From the NCBI RefSeq assembly GCF_006345805.1, contig NC_043007.1:75392001-75456000 (forward strand): 64,000 bases of DNA. The letters are read 5' to 3'. This document shows, in pieces, positions 37,901 through 49,546 of the stretch (positions within the stretch are counted from its first letter, which is position 1; each line of letters begins with the position of its first letter). The translations under genes were made by a program, and so were the position numbers. Origin of the DNA: Octopus sinensis. Taxonomy: Eukaryota. Below the pieces are notes generated by a model, which saw only the letters and a program-made list of their open reading frames with translations, did no database searches and was not told the origin of the DNA.

Positions 37901-38440
37901 AAACTACACTAAGAAAATCATCTTGATACAACGTATCAGCTACTAGGAAAGATTGAAAGAATTAAAAGTCTTCTTCCTGGAATGAAGGCGAGAGAGATAT
38001 GCAGTGATATACATCTGGAATATCCTAGAAGGCCTTGTACCAAACTTTGGCATTGAAAGTTACTCAAACTGCAGAATGGGGCACCACTGCATAGTGCCAA
38101 AGATCCCAGAATCACCATCAAAATACAGAACCAGATACTGCATCAGCTTGGTCTTCAAGGGCCCACACCTCTTTGATATATTTCCAAAATGCCAGAGAGA
38201 CCTTGTGTAGTGTAGATGTAAGTGTCCTTAAAGCAAAACTGGATATCTTCCTGTCACGAGTTCTAGAGGAACCTACCTCATGGTAGGGAACACAGATGAG
38301 GGCTGCAGCATCAAATTCCCTCATTGACCAGATGCCACAGATCAGAGCACATTCCAAATAGTGGTGCAGCTCAGTCAACAGTGGTGCCCCAGCATGACTG
38401 CAGCCATACAGCTGAAACACTTTAAAATAGTTAAAACAAA
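34930..38440 (+). mobile_element. Near full-length degenerate CR1/L2-group LINE: CCCH-finger ORF1 + APE endonuclease/RT ORF2
   Basis: About 35130-35220 reads HKFYLQGHCWY / ANCRFAHQKVCKNHMG; EN remnants (GDINFP, NILNLCFT, LDHNIIE); RT (NYRPISLTSHISKVME, SYADDTK, LDYCSQQWSP, YIWNILEGLVPNFG); many frameshifts and stops. Confidence 0.88.
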
Positions 38441-38965
38441 ATAGTTACATATAATAATAAGAAAATGTTAAAAACAGTTTACAAGTAAAAACCTTAGAAA
38501 ATATTAAAAAGTTCATTAAAATATTAGGATTTCATTAAAAATAAGATTGTCAAAAGTAAAATGTGAAAGCTTTGTAAGACCTTTTTTGTGTTAAATACTG
38601 GTTGTCACAAAATATTACAATACATATATACATTCTTTGATAATAATAAGAAAATGTTAAGAACAGTTTACAGGAAAATCTCTTGAGAAAATATTAAAAA
38701 GTTCATAAAAAATATTAGGATTTCATTAAAAATGATGTCTGTTTGGAAGTATCTTTTATATACACAGAAATTTATGAGTTCAAAAAGGTCATATTTTGGT
38801 GGTATATATATATATATACACAAAAGGGATACATTTAGGAGTTTACAAAGAATTTGAGATGGACTGACGGGTCAAGTGAATAAACATCTTTTAAAATTGC
38901 ATTTTCAAACCTTCTTTCATCTATTATATATATATCTTTATATATATATATATTATATATCAATA

Positions 38966-39303
38966 CATGGCTCAGTGGTTAGAGCGTCGAGCTTACGATC
39001 GTGAGGTTGAGCTCGAATCCCGACCGGGCTGCGTGTTGTGTTCTTGAGCAAGGCACTTATTTCACGTTCACGTTGCTCCAGTTCACTCAGCTGTAGAATG
39101 AGTTGCGACGTCACTGGTGACAAGCTGTATCGACCTTTGTCTTTCCCTTGGATAACACTGGTGGCGTGGAGAGGGGAGGCTGGTATGCATGGGCGACTGC
39201 TGGTCTTCCATAAACAACCATGCCCAGACTTGTGTCTAGGAGGGTAACTTTCTAGGTGCAATCCCATGGTCATTCATGACCGAAGGGGGTCTTTACCCTT
39301 ACC
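38966..39303 (+). mobile_element. tRNA-derived SINE, family C
   Basis: catggctcagtggttagagcg A box, ctcgaatcc B box; near-identical to 57131-57478. Confidence 0.88.
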
Positions 39304-39374
39304 CTATATATTTATATATATATATCAATACATAAATACTTATATATCAATATATATGTATATATAAACTTATA

Positions 39375-39738
39375 TGTGTTTTGACCAAAGATTGGTCCAG
39401 GCTATGTCTAACTTAATAGAACCACCTGATAGGATTATCTAAATCCTTTTTAAGTCAAGTTTTTGTGATATCATGCTCCATTCAAGTAGTGAGTTCTTGT
39501 TGAGTGAGTTGTATCAGTAGCTTATCTGTATTCCTTGAAGAAATTTGTCCAGACTCCGTTTAAGGTGATAGAATCCTTTTCCTCTTGGTCAGTTTTGGGA
39601 CAATGTTAAACAGGACAGGGCCTGTTGAGTAAAAGAAATTGTGTCGCAGGGTACTTATATGTTCTGATCCTGAATTGGTCAAGGGACATATGGTCCGTGG
39701 TCCCAGCTTTGGATGAACCTTAAAGCTAATGTTCAGGT

Positions 39739-39740
<2 letters not shown>
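39375..39740 (-). mobile_element. CR1/L2-group LINE 3' fragment
   Basis: HPKLGPRTICP...STLRHNFFYSTGPVLFNIVPK within ORF 39560..39814. Confidence 0.7.
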
Positions 39741-39783
<43 letters not shown>

Positions 39784-40149
39784 CACAGATTTTTATTCTG
39801 TCAAAATATTTCACTATTTCTCCATTGTTTCTTACTTCTTGATGATGTTAGAGTTAATATCTGTAGTAATTTTCAGTCATATCAATTATTTTGCTTAATA
39901 TACTTCTGTGATCTTTGTGCTTATCACCAATTTATCATTTTCATATCCTGATAAAGATGATGTTTTGAACCTATCTTTGAGCCGATCTCAACAAATGCAC
40001 AAATGTTATAATATCCAAGCATTCACCCACAGAATCATAAGTTTGGTTGATAAATATGTATGACCTAGGATTAAATAACAACATTGTAAATTAATCTGGG
40101 CTAACGAGAGAGCCCCTATATGGTCACTGAAGCTGCTTGACTTTCCTCA

Positions 40150-41765
40150 GGTCCTGTCTTAAGTAACATAGGTCCAAGATGCTATCAGTGAACAATGGTT
40201 TCCTTTTTCCTCCTTTGCACTAACATTTCTAGAGCCATTTCCTGAAGTGTTTCCTTGATGTTAGAGAGTTTATTTTTTCTTCTAAAAGCCACCCACTTTT
40301 GCCCCAAACACCACTGCAACCCTGGAATCTTTCAGTTGGTCTATGTCAAACTTAATACATGTGACTTTTTTATTTGAGTTTTAATGGGTTTTTGACTCAC
40401 TAATTAAATGTAAAATTCGGTCATCAGTTTAGTGATGGTATCACCAGTGTGGTGAGTTCACTATCTGTGTAGATTGTTGCTATAACAGGGTGGAGTGTTC
40501 ACAGTCTGTGACAATGTTGGTGGTGGTAGCTTGTTGATCACCGTGTCTGTGTGTTAGTTCAATAGTAATTGGTATACAAAAATTGATGGACAAAACTCAA
40601 CTTGTTCAATAGTAAAGTTTATTCACATCAGTGAGTTATGTACAATGTTAATGTCATGTACAAGGGTTCTGGTGAAGAAGTGTTTTGTGTTCTTATAGAG
40701 TTGTCTATAGTGTGGTAGTGGTGAATGAATGAAAGCATGAAGACATTAGATATGCTTTGTGTACATAGAAAGAATCTTGATAGAAATGTTTCTAGTAAGC
40801 ATGAGATAAAGGCATTGAGTTTGGTTGATTCTGCTGGCGCACGTGGAAGAAGGGTTGTTCTTGTATGTGAGATGCCAGCGCCTATATGATAGAACCAAAC
40901 TACCAGCCAGGAGTCCTTCAGAGAAATGAAGAGAAAGGAACTCAATTAAGCATGGTGCCAGCCACATTATATAAGGGACAACAAGGTGGCGAGCTGGCAG
41001 AAACGTTAGCACGCTGGGCGAAATTCGTAGCCGTATTTCGTCTGTCGTTACGTTGTGAGTTCAAGTTCCGCCGAGGTCGACTTTGCCTTTCATCCTTTTG
41101 GGGTCGATAAATAAAGTACCAGTTACGCACTGGGGTTGATGTAATCGACTTAATCTGTATGTCTGTCCTTGTTTGTCTCCTCTATGTTTAACCCCTTGTG
41201 AGCAATAAAGAAATATATATAAGGGACAATCAGATGTAGTGGAGAGCTCCTGTTAGAGGGAGCCTATTTATTCGACCAATCAGAAACTAAGTAGAGCTGT
41301 AAACTTACAGGGTCATTTGAGCCTACCTGAGATTAAAAATGTATGTTTTAAGCTAATGCTAATGCAGTCATGCTACAAAGTCCTTTTCAGTTTGAGCCTC
41401 ATTGTCACTAAGACCAAATTATGATCACTGTTGACCACCAACACCAAGGAAGACCTAGTCCTAGCCTTCTTGATGCAGTACTTGAACTTTTGAGGCCCAA
41501 GAATGAAGTCAATCTGGTTGTGAGTTTTGCTTCTCGGTGCATGCTATGTTGTTCTGCATGAGGTCCTGTGAGGGAACAGAGTGTTGGTTAAGGTCAGCTT
41601 GTGAGTGCTAGCAAATTCTAGGAGTTTCACAGACCATTCTCAACCTCACCCTGGTAACTGCTTCAACTGGCAGGGTAAACTTAGTGAGGGACTGAACACT
41701 TAGAGAGGAGATGGGCACTACCAAGCTTTTCTAAGGTCCACTGAAATGCCGTAATTGGCACAGAG
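40150..41765 (-). mobile_element. RTE/BovB-like endonuclease-region fragments (41385-41765 and 40150-40400), interrupted by a SINE
   Basis: LLEFA..HKL.LTNTLFPH ... HNQIDFILGPQ ... NSDHNLVLVTMRLKLK and KFDIDQLKD ... VTDSILDL remnants. Confidence 0.7.
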
Positions 41766-43344
41766 TCATGTTTACTTAATACATATTAGATAAAGAGAAA
41801 GTAAAGAAAATAAGGTTGGAATTATTAAAATTCAATGTTGTTTTTAAATAGGTTTATTCATGAGCAAATATATCTGTGCACCACACACACACTTACTACG
41901 CACATGAATACATATTTCTTTACTACCCACAAAGGGCTAAACACAGAGAAGACAAACAAAGACAGACAAACGGATCAAGTCGATTATATCAGCCCCAGTG
42001 TGCAACTGGTACTTAATTTATTGACCCCAAAAGGATGAAAGGCAAAGTCGACCTCGGCAGAGTTTTGAACTCAGAACGTAGCGGCAGAGAAAACCGCGAA
42101 GCATTTCGCCCGGCGTGCTAACGTTTCTGCCAGCTCGCCACCTTACACACATGAATACAGATACTAAAAAGAGGGAGAGACAGACATAGAAAAGAGAGGT
42201 ATTGCTGTTACAACATTAATCCAATGAATCATTACTAAATAAGCACCACCTCATTTTTCCTTGCTCTCCCTCTTCCTCTCCATCATTCCGCCCATGTCTC
42301 TTTTTTTCTTCTTCTTTTCATTAGTTGACTCGGACCCCGCTCCCTTTCCTATTTACTTTCAAACCTTTATTCGTTTACTGATTTCTGTCATTGAACTCCA
42401 ACAATGCTAGTACAACCTTGAAGGTTTAATCTGTTATAATAGCTCCCAGTATTCACAGTTTACAGCTTACTTCCTAACAACCTCTATTAGTGAATCCACT
42501 AAGTTGCTGGGACATACTAAGACAGCATAAACAATACCAGCTTAAATGCGCACACACACACATATTATATATATATGAAACATCAAATTGATGGACATGG
42601 TACTGAAACAGAAAGTCTTATTTAATGCAAGCTGAATAAGAAGAGAATTAATTTAGATAAAATGAGTTCAGATTTGTGTCAGGATGAAATACTATCCTTG
42701 GGCTTTTGAAACGAGTTTAAGCACAAAGGAAAAAATATATATATATATATTAAAAAAAAAGGATGTGAGAACAACTCTGATACACAAAAGGAATGTTTTG
42801 TTGCCCCAACACAAAGCACAACATGTCATTAATGCACATTTTCATTTTTCCTTCCCCTCTCTTCTCTTTCAATTATATTGCCTATGAGTCTTTTTTATTT
42901 TCCTTGCTCTACCTCAGTGACGTCGCTTCCAGCTCTTCTTGTTCTGTGGTCAAGTGCCACTGAGGTCAACTTTACTTTTTATTCTTTTGCAGGTGAATGA
43001 AGTAAGTACCAGTTCAGCATTGGGATCAATGCAATTGACTTCCCTCGCCCCTCATAAATGCTGGCTTTGTACCAAAGTTAGAAAGGATTGTTCTGACTCA
43101 GTTCACATCACTTGTTTTCCTTTAATACCGTCAAAACACATGCACTCCCACACAAAGACTTTTTCATGTGATCACTATAAAATATGAAGAGATTTGTTTT
43201 TGCGTGTGGCTGTTGCATATCACAACCACAGGAAAACTTCTAAGACGAGAAAAGTTCTAAGGTGAGAGTAAACCACTCATACTTAGCACCTGGAGAATAC
43301 CTCTGAAATATCATCATCACCACCACCACCACCACCACCACACC

Positions 43345-43389
<45 letters not shown>

Positions 43390-44580
43390 GTCATTTAATG
43401 TCTGTTTTCCATGCTTTCATGGGTTGAACAGTTTGACTGGTGCAGGTAAGTTTATGGGCCACACCAGGCACCACTGTCCATCCCAGCATACTTTCTATGA
43501 CTGGATGTCCTTCCAATGCCAATCACTCCATAGAGCATACTGGGTATTTTTAAATGGTACCAACATGAGTACTTTTTACATGGCACCATGCATTGCATTA
43601 CGTATATCATGTTGCAGTAGTCGTTAATAAAAAAAAGGGTGGAGATAAAAGATTGTGAGAGCCAGTTGCCATCTATTTCTTTACTACCCACATGGGCTAA
43701 ACACAGAGAGGACAAACAAGGACAGACAAACGGATTAAGTCGATTATATCGACCCCAGTGCATAACTGGTACTTATTTATCGACCCCGAAAGGATGAAAG
43801 GCAAAGTCGACCTTGGCGAATTTGAACTCAGAACGTAACGGCAGATGAAATACAGCTACACATTTCGCCGGGCGTGCTAATGTTTCTGCCAGCTCGGTTG
43901 CCATCACCAAGGGGACTTGGCAATGTATTAGTAAAGAGTTTAGCATGCTAATGTTTCATATTTCTAAACATAGAGGGGACAAACAAAGGGATTAAATCAA
44001 TTACATCGATCCCAGTGCGGAACTGGTACTTATTTAATCGACTCTGAAAGGATGAAAGGCTAAGTCGACCTTGGCGGAATTTGAACTCAGAAGGTAGAGG
44101 CAGACCAAATACCGCTAAGAATTTCGCCCGGCGTGTTAACGATTCTGCAGCTCGCCATCTTAGAGAGTGTAGTGTGCTGGTAGGTATTCATAGGGCTCAG
44201 TTCTCCAGCTCCCCCTGTTTATTATAGTTCTTTGCTGTAACAGCAGAGATACTTATCAAGTGAAGTTTTATGTGATACAAATTTATTCATATAACATAAA
44301 TTTGTTATAACCAGGTGTATTTACTCTTAGGCTGCCAATTATAGTAAACTGAATGACAACACGGAGCCTCAGTTGTTTTCAGTTTGTTTGCAGCTCGGAA
44401 GTTGCATTATTTCAGGCGCCATAATGGTCATCAGCTTGTACGTCATTGATATTTTGTGCAGCGATTAAAAAAATAAGTTTTGGAACTGTTATTGTTGAAT
44501 AATTTTTGTGCTGTCGTTTAAGTGTGTGCGGGTGCGTAATATATGGATATACAATATATAGATATGTGTGTGTGCGTGTT

Positions 44581-44611
<31 letters not shown>

Positions 44612-44814
44612 ATATATATATATATATGTGTGTGTGTATATATATGTATATATGTATATATATATATATATATATATGTAAATAAACCCAGTCTGTTTCT
44701 TAAACGAGGGACATATTCATACGGCACAGAATGTTTTCACCTCATGAGATCATGAAGCGAACTGACAAGCCTTTCTAAATACTACTGTTTTATTTTATTT
44801 ATTTAGTTATTTAG

Positions 44815-45060
44815 TTATGCGCCCTTTTCGAGCCTAGCCAGGCTCATGGGCCCCAGCTGGATGGGACGCCAGTCCATCGCGGGAAGAAAGAGTGAGAGAA
44901 AGTTGGGGCGAAAGAGTACAACAGGGGTCGCCGCCACCCCCTGCCGGAGCCTCGTGGAGCTTTGGGTGTTTTCGCTCAATAAACACAAACACACAACGCC
45001 CGGTCTGGGAATCGAAACCGCAATCCTCCGACCGCTGCTCTAACCACTGTGCCATTGCGC
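44815..45060 (-). mobile_element. SINE family D
   Basis: Minus head gcgcaatggcacagtggttagagc...ggtttcgattccc. Confidence 0.78.
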
Positions 45061-45191
45061 CACAACTTTCTCTCACTCTTTCTTCTGTTGGCCTGCTCGC
45101 TAGCCCAGCGAGGTGGTGTCATTTGAGGCTAAACAATGCGAGCGCATTGTGACCAGCGATGTGTAGCAACATCTATGGTCTGGTCGGCACG

Positions 45192-45194
<3 letters not shown>

Positions 45195-45235
<41 letters not shown>

Positions 45236-45237
45236 AG

Positions 45238-45268
<31 letters not shown>

Positions 45269-45403
45269 ATATGTTATGTATGTATGTATAATATATATAT
45301 GTATGTATGTATATATAGATATATATATGATAATTTTTGTGTGCTGTCGTTTAAGTGTGTGCGGGTGCGTAATTATGGATATACAATATATAGATATGTG
45401 TGT

Positions 45404-45443
<40 letters not shown>

Positions 45444-45572
45444 TATATATATACATATATATATATATATACATATATATATACATATATAATATATATA
45501 CATAGATATAACATATATATATCATATATATATATGTATATATATATGTATATATATATAATATCTATAATA

Positions 45573-45624
<52 letters not shown>

Positions 45625-45625
45625 C
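45195..45625. repeat. (AT)n microsatellite block
   Basis: Direct inspection. Confidence 0.95.
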
Positions 45626-45859
45626 ATTACTGGTATTTTAAACTCTTCGGTTGCATATTTGTGTGAATAAAATCGTTTCTCTTTGGAATAGAAAAAAAGT
45701 CTATCTTTATTTCTTCTTTTGCTGGTGTCTCAAATTTAGGTTAAATCAGTGTTTCTCAAAGGGGAGGCCTATGGGACAGTCGGACAAGCTGTTTTGAGAA
45801 AATTTGGTTTAAATGTTTGACAACTCACCACCGTCCATTGGACGGGGGGCGTTTTGCTC

Positions 45860-47910
45860 GTATATATAAGCATGGAAATTTTGAAGGATGTAGTGTCTCA
45901 ATAGCTAACGACTGATGCGATAGTTTATTCCATACTTCAATAATTCTGAATGTGAAAAAAAAAACGTTTCCGAAAGTCATGGGCGCTGTGTTGATTTTTG
46001 ATTTTGTAAGTATGGCCGCGAGTGTTCGTCATACGGAATTCAAAAAGGTGTCCAAGGTTGTTATTGGAATGATGATAAATAATCTTGTGGGTGCCTACCA
46101 GGTTAGTTGCCAGACGTCTGAGATTCAATGTGTCCATGCCCAGGGAAGGAAGACGTTCAGAGTAATGCTTGACGGCGGGTATTCGTTTTGTTTCTGAACA
46201 GTTTCCAGGAGATTTATATGCTGAGCAAGATAGGGGTTCCAGACTGATGATGCAAATTCTAAGTGTGGACGTACCATTGTCATATACAATTTTAAATAGA
46301 TAGCTGGAGAGCGGCTGACAAAGGTCCTACTGTGTGATGCTAGGACACTCAACCTTTTTGACAGTCTTAGAGATGTTATTTGTCCAACACAGATCGCTGT
46401 TTACAATAATACCTAGATCACATCGACTATAAGATTTCATGAGATTGGTGTTGCCGAGGGAGTATGTAAAGGCTGGGTTTTTTTCTCCCAAAATGCATGG
46501 TGACGCACTTGTCCACAGCTAGCTTGAGTTGTCAGTCAGAGATCCATTGCTGCATTGTGTCCAGGTCTGATTGCAGGAAAGATCTATGGCGCATAGATCT
46601 TTTCTTTTTATTACAAGGTACAGCTTGATGTCATCTACATATTTCAACACTTTAACATCCCTCAAGTTGGCATCTATGTCATTAATATAAGAAACAAACA
46701 GTAGGTGTGCAAGAACGGATTCTTGTGGTACACTAGACGTCATCTTGTAAGGTGAAGAATGACGCCCTAGAACCGTGACCCCCTCTTTCCGACCGTAAAT
46801 GAAGGGTATCAGCCAGTTATAGAGATCATCTTTTACGCCCATTACAGAGAGTTTGCCATTAGTCGTTTGTGTGGCACAGAATTGAAGACTTTTGCAGTGA
46901 AGGTAGATAATATCTACCCATGAGCCACCATCAGTAACTTGGATGATGTCCTCAAGAAACTCGATGAGTTGACTACAGCAGCTGGAGTTAGGGATAAATC
47001 CAAATTATAAGGGTCGAATAAGGCTGTGAGAGCTCCAAAAGTTCCAGAGCGTTTTCCTGACATAATACTCCATCAGTTTGGCGATGCAGCTTGTAACGTT
47101 GGCTGGACGGTAGTTGACAGGTGATGTGCGATCACCTTTTTTGAACAGGGGAATGATACTAGCAATTTTCCAGTACTCTGGAGTGACACAGCTGTTAAGG
47201 AAGAATTGAAAGAAGAATGAAAGCTGGCACAAAAGAAAAAATCCGTTACGTTTGAAAAGCAAATAAGTAACATCATCAGTACCAGCAGAAGCATAGTTGC
47301 GCTTATGCTTGAGGTGGCGTCGCAGCATTGCGGATGTGAATTTCACAGATGTTATGGAATTTGATGTCAGAGTTGGTGAATAAGATACATTTGAATTTTC
47401 AACAGCAAAAAATGCCAGCATAGCATTCAGCAAAAAGCTCAGCACATTCCTTGGGGGTCATCAGTGATCCGATCTGTGTGGGGTTTGTAAAGAGGACCAA
47501 CTGGAGAGTGAGGTCTCTGCTTCGAACATACATATTTCCAGAACACTTTGCTGTCAGGGCTGGTTGTTATACGTTGTTTAAACTCAAGTACTGCCTTTTT
47601 TTGTCACTTGCTTGAGATGGTTGAATGATCTATTGCATCTTCTTCTGTTCTCATCTGTTCTATGCTGTCTATATTTCTGTTCAGCATCACGACGATCTTT
47701 CCTGGCTAGTCGAACTGCACTTTTTTTATTAATTTATTTTTAGAGCGTTTGCGCGGTACTGATGTTTTACATGCCGCCCAGATTGCACTGAGGATATTTC
47801 GAAAAATAATATTGACGTCCCCAGAATCGTAAAATTCAAACCAGTTTGGGCGTCGTGACTCATCATGGTAACAGTTCCAGTCAGAATTTATCTTATTTTG
47901 CGGCAACTTT
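45860..47910 (-). mobile_element. CR1-group LINE ORF2 fragment (RT + C-terminus), degenerate
   Basis: NYRPANVTSCIAKLME, SSVPQESVL...LLFVSYINDI, YVDDIKL, VRPHLEFASSVWNP, TRGHTYKIK...FRKRFF. Confidence 0.9.
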
Positions 47911-49144
47911 ATTTAGCATCAATGAAGAAAATTTGTGTTAAGACAAATATTTGCCCTAGAGACTGTAGCATATAAAGATATGCAATTTGAGTATATAAAG
48001 ATATGCAATTAAACTATTCCCAATTTAGTGAAACAAAACTGGAAGCAAAATAGTTTTAACAGTGGAATAAAGTGGCGATTACAGAATAACCAGAAAATTA
48101 AATTCAAAGGCAATGCACCCATTTTAGATTTCATTTTTGTCTTCTGGGAAAATAAGCATAAGTTTTTAGTTCATGCTACTAATATATCAAACCAATAAAA
48201 AGCATATGTGGTATTTTTTACAGTTACAGCATATTCGAAATTTGATAGTCTTTAATTCATTGAAATTCTAAGAATAACTAAAATAATTTTCTGATATCGG
48301 TTGTTTAGAAATATAAAGTTGCTACTAAAGCAGAAACGAAGAATCACTACAGTCATAATGAAACATATTTAATTTAAAGTTACATCTTGCATTTAGATGT
48401 CTGTGATTATGTGGCTTGTGTGTTATATTTGTGATCCATCTGCAAGCAATTATTCTAAATTACTTATCCATACAACTGAAAAAATCGATAAATGGCGAGA
48501 ACAATCGTTGGTCGGTTGACTATCAATAATTTAGTAGCCTGTTCTGACAAACTAAATCAGGAAGAGTTATGTCCTTTCAGTTTATATATATCTAGGGATC
48601 TAGATTGACCCTGCCTGAGATTTGAAACCAAATGCACCCGCTTGTTGCTTGTCAAAACGAGCGGAAAATCCTCTCCACACCAGATGATTGATGAGGAAAC
48701 ACTCGAACCCCTAGAAACTGTACTAGTCAAGGAAACGTCAGTTCTCTGCTTAAGGTTTGACCTACTTTACTGACCATAGTCTATATAACAGAGAGAATTT
48801 CCTATCTCTTTCTCTTATGCGTCAGCCATGACCAAGAGCAGCACTTTCCTCGGCCGCAAGAAAGACGATGCCACCTCTATCCTTTCTTCCTTTCTTGTTA
48901 GCAGCGTGCATTCCTTACGCTTTCACTCTCTACTGACAGACAACCATATCCTTGTTGTTACTAACAATAGAATTGCTACTGACTCTTTAACTACCTGTTG
49001 GGCAAATGCATAAATATATGTAAATAATATTTCTTCCTTCTTGGTGTTGATTCTTCGATGTTTACTGGTATTCTGACGCGAGAACCTTCAAGCGTTACAT
49101 CTACACGCTACATTCTGTAGTGGGCTACATTATATCGAATTGAT

Positions 49145-49535
49145 ATGGCACATCTCGGCACGTAAAAAGCACTATTTGAGCATGATCATTAATTACCAGC
49201 GTCGCCTTACTGGCACTTGTGCCGGTGGCAAGGGAAAAAACATTCGAGCGAGGTCATTGCCAATGCTGCTGGACTGGCTCTTGTGCAGGTGGCACGTAAA
49301 AAACACCATTTGGGCGTGGCCGTTGCCAGTACCGCCTGACTGGCCCCACTGTAGGTGGCACGTAAAAGCACCCAGTACACTCTCGGAGTGGTTGGCGTTA
49401 GGAAGGTCATCCAGCTGTAGAAACTCTGCCAGATCAAATTGGAGCCTGGTGCAGCCATCTGGTTCGCCACTCCTCAGTCAAATCGTCCAACTCATGCTAG
49501 CATGGAAAGCGAACGTTAAACGATGAAGATGATGA
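49145..49535 (+). mobile_element. RTE-LINE 3'UTR fragment
   Basis: Minisatellite units and ...gttaaacgatgaagatgatgat tail. Confidence 0.82.
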
Positions 49536-49546
49536 TATATATACAT

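Noticed and set aside
38453-38735. ~95-bp direct repeat spaced ~188 bp apart
   Set aside because: Extremely AT-rich local duplication after a LINE tail; no sign of function.
48660-48760. Hammerhead-like TTGATGAGG...GAAAC motif
   Set aside because: Core is UUGAUGA and stem II cannot close next to GAAA.
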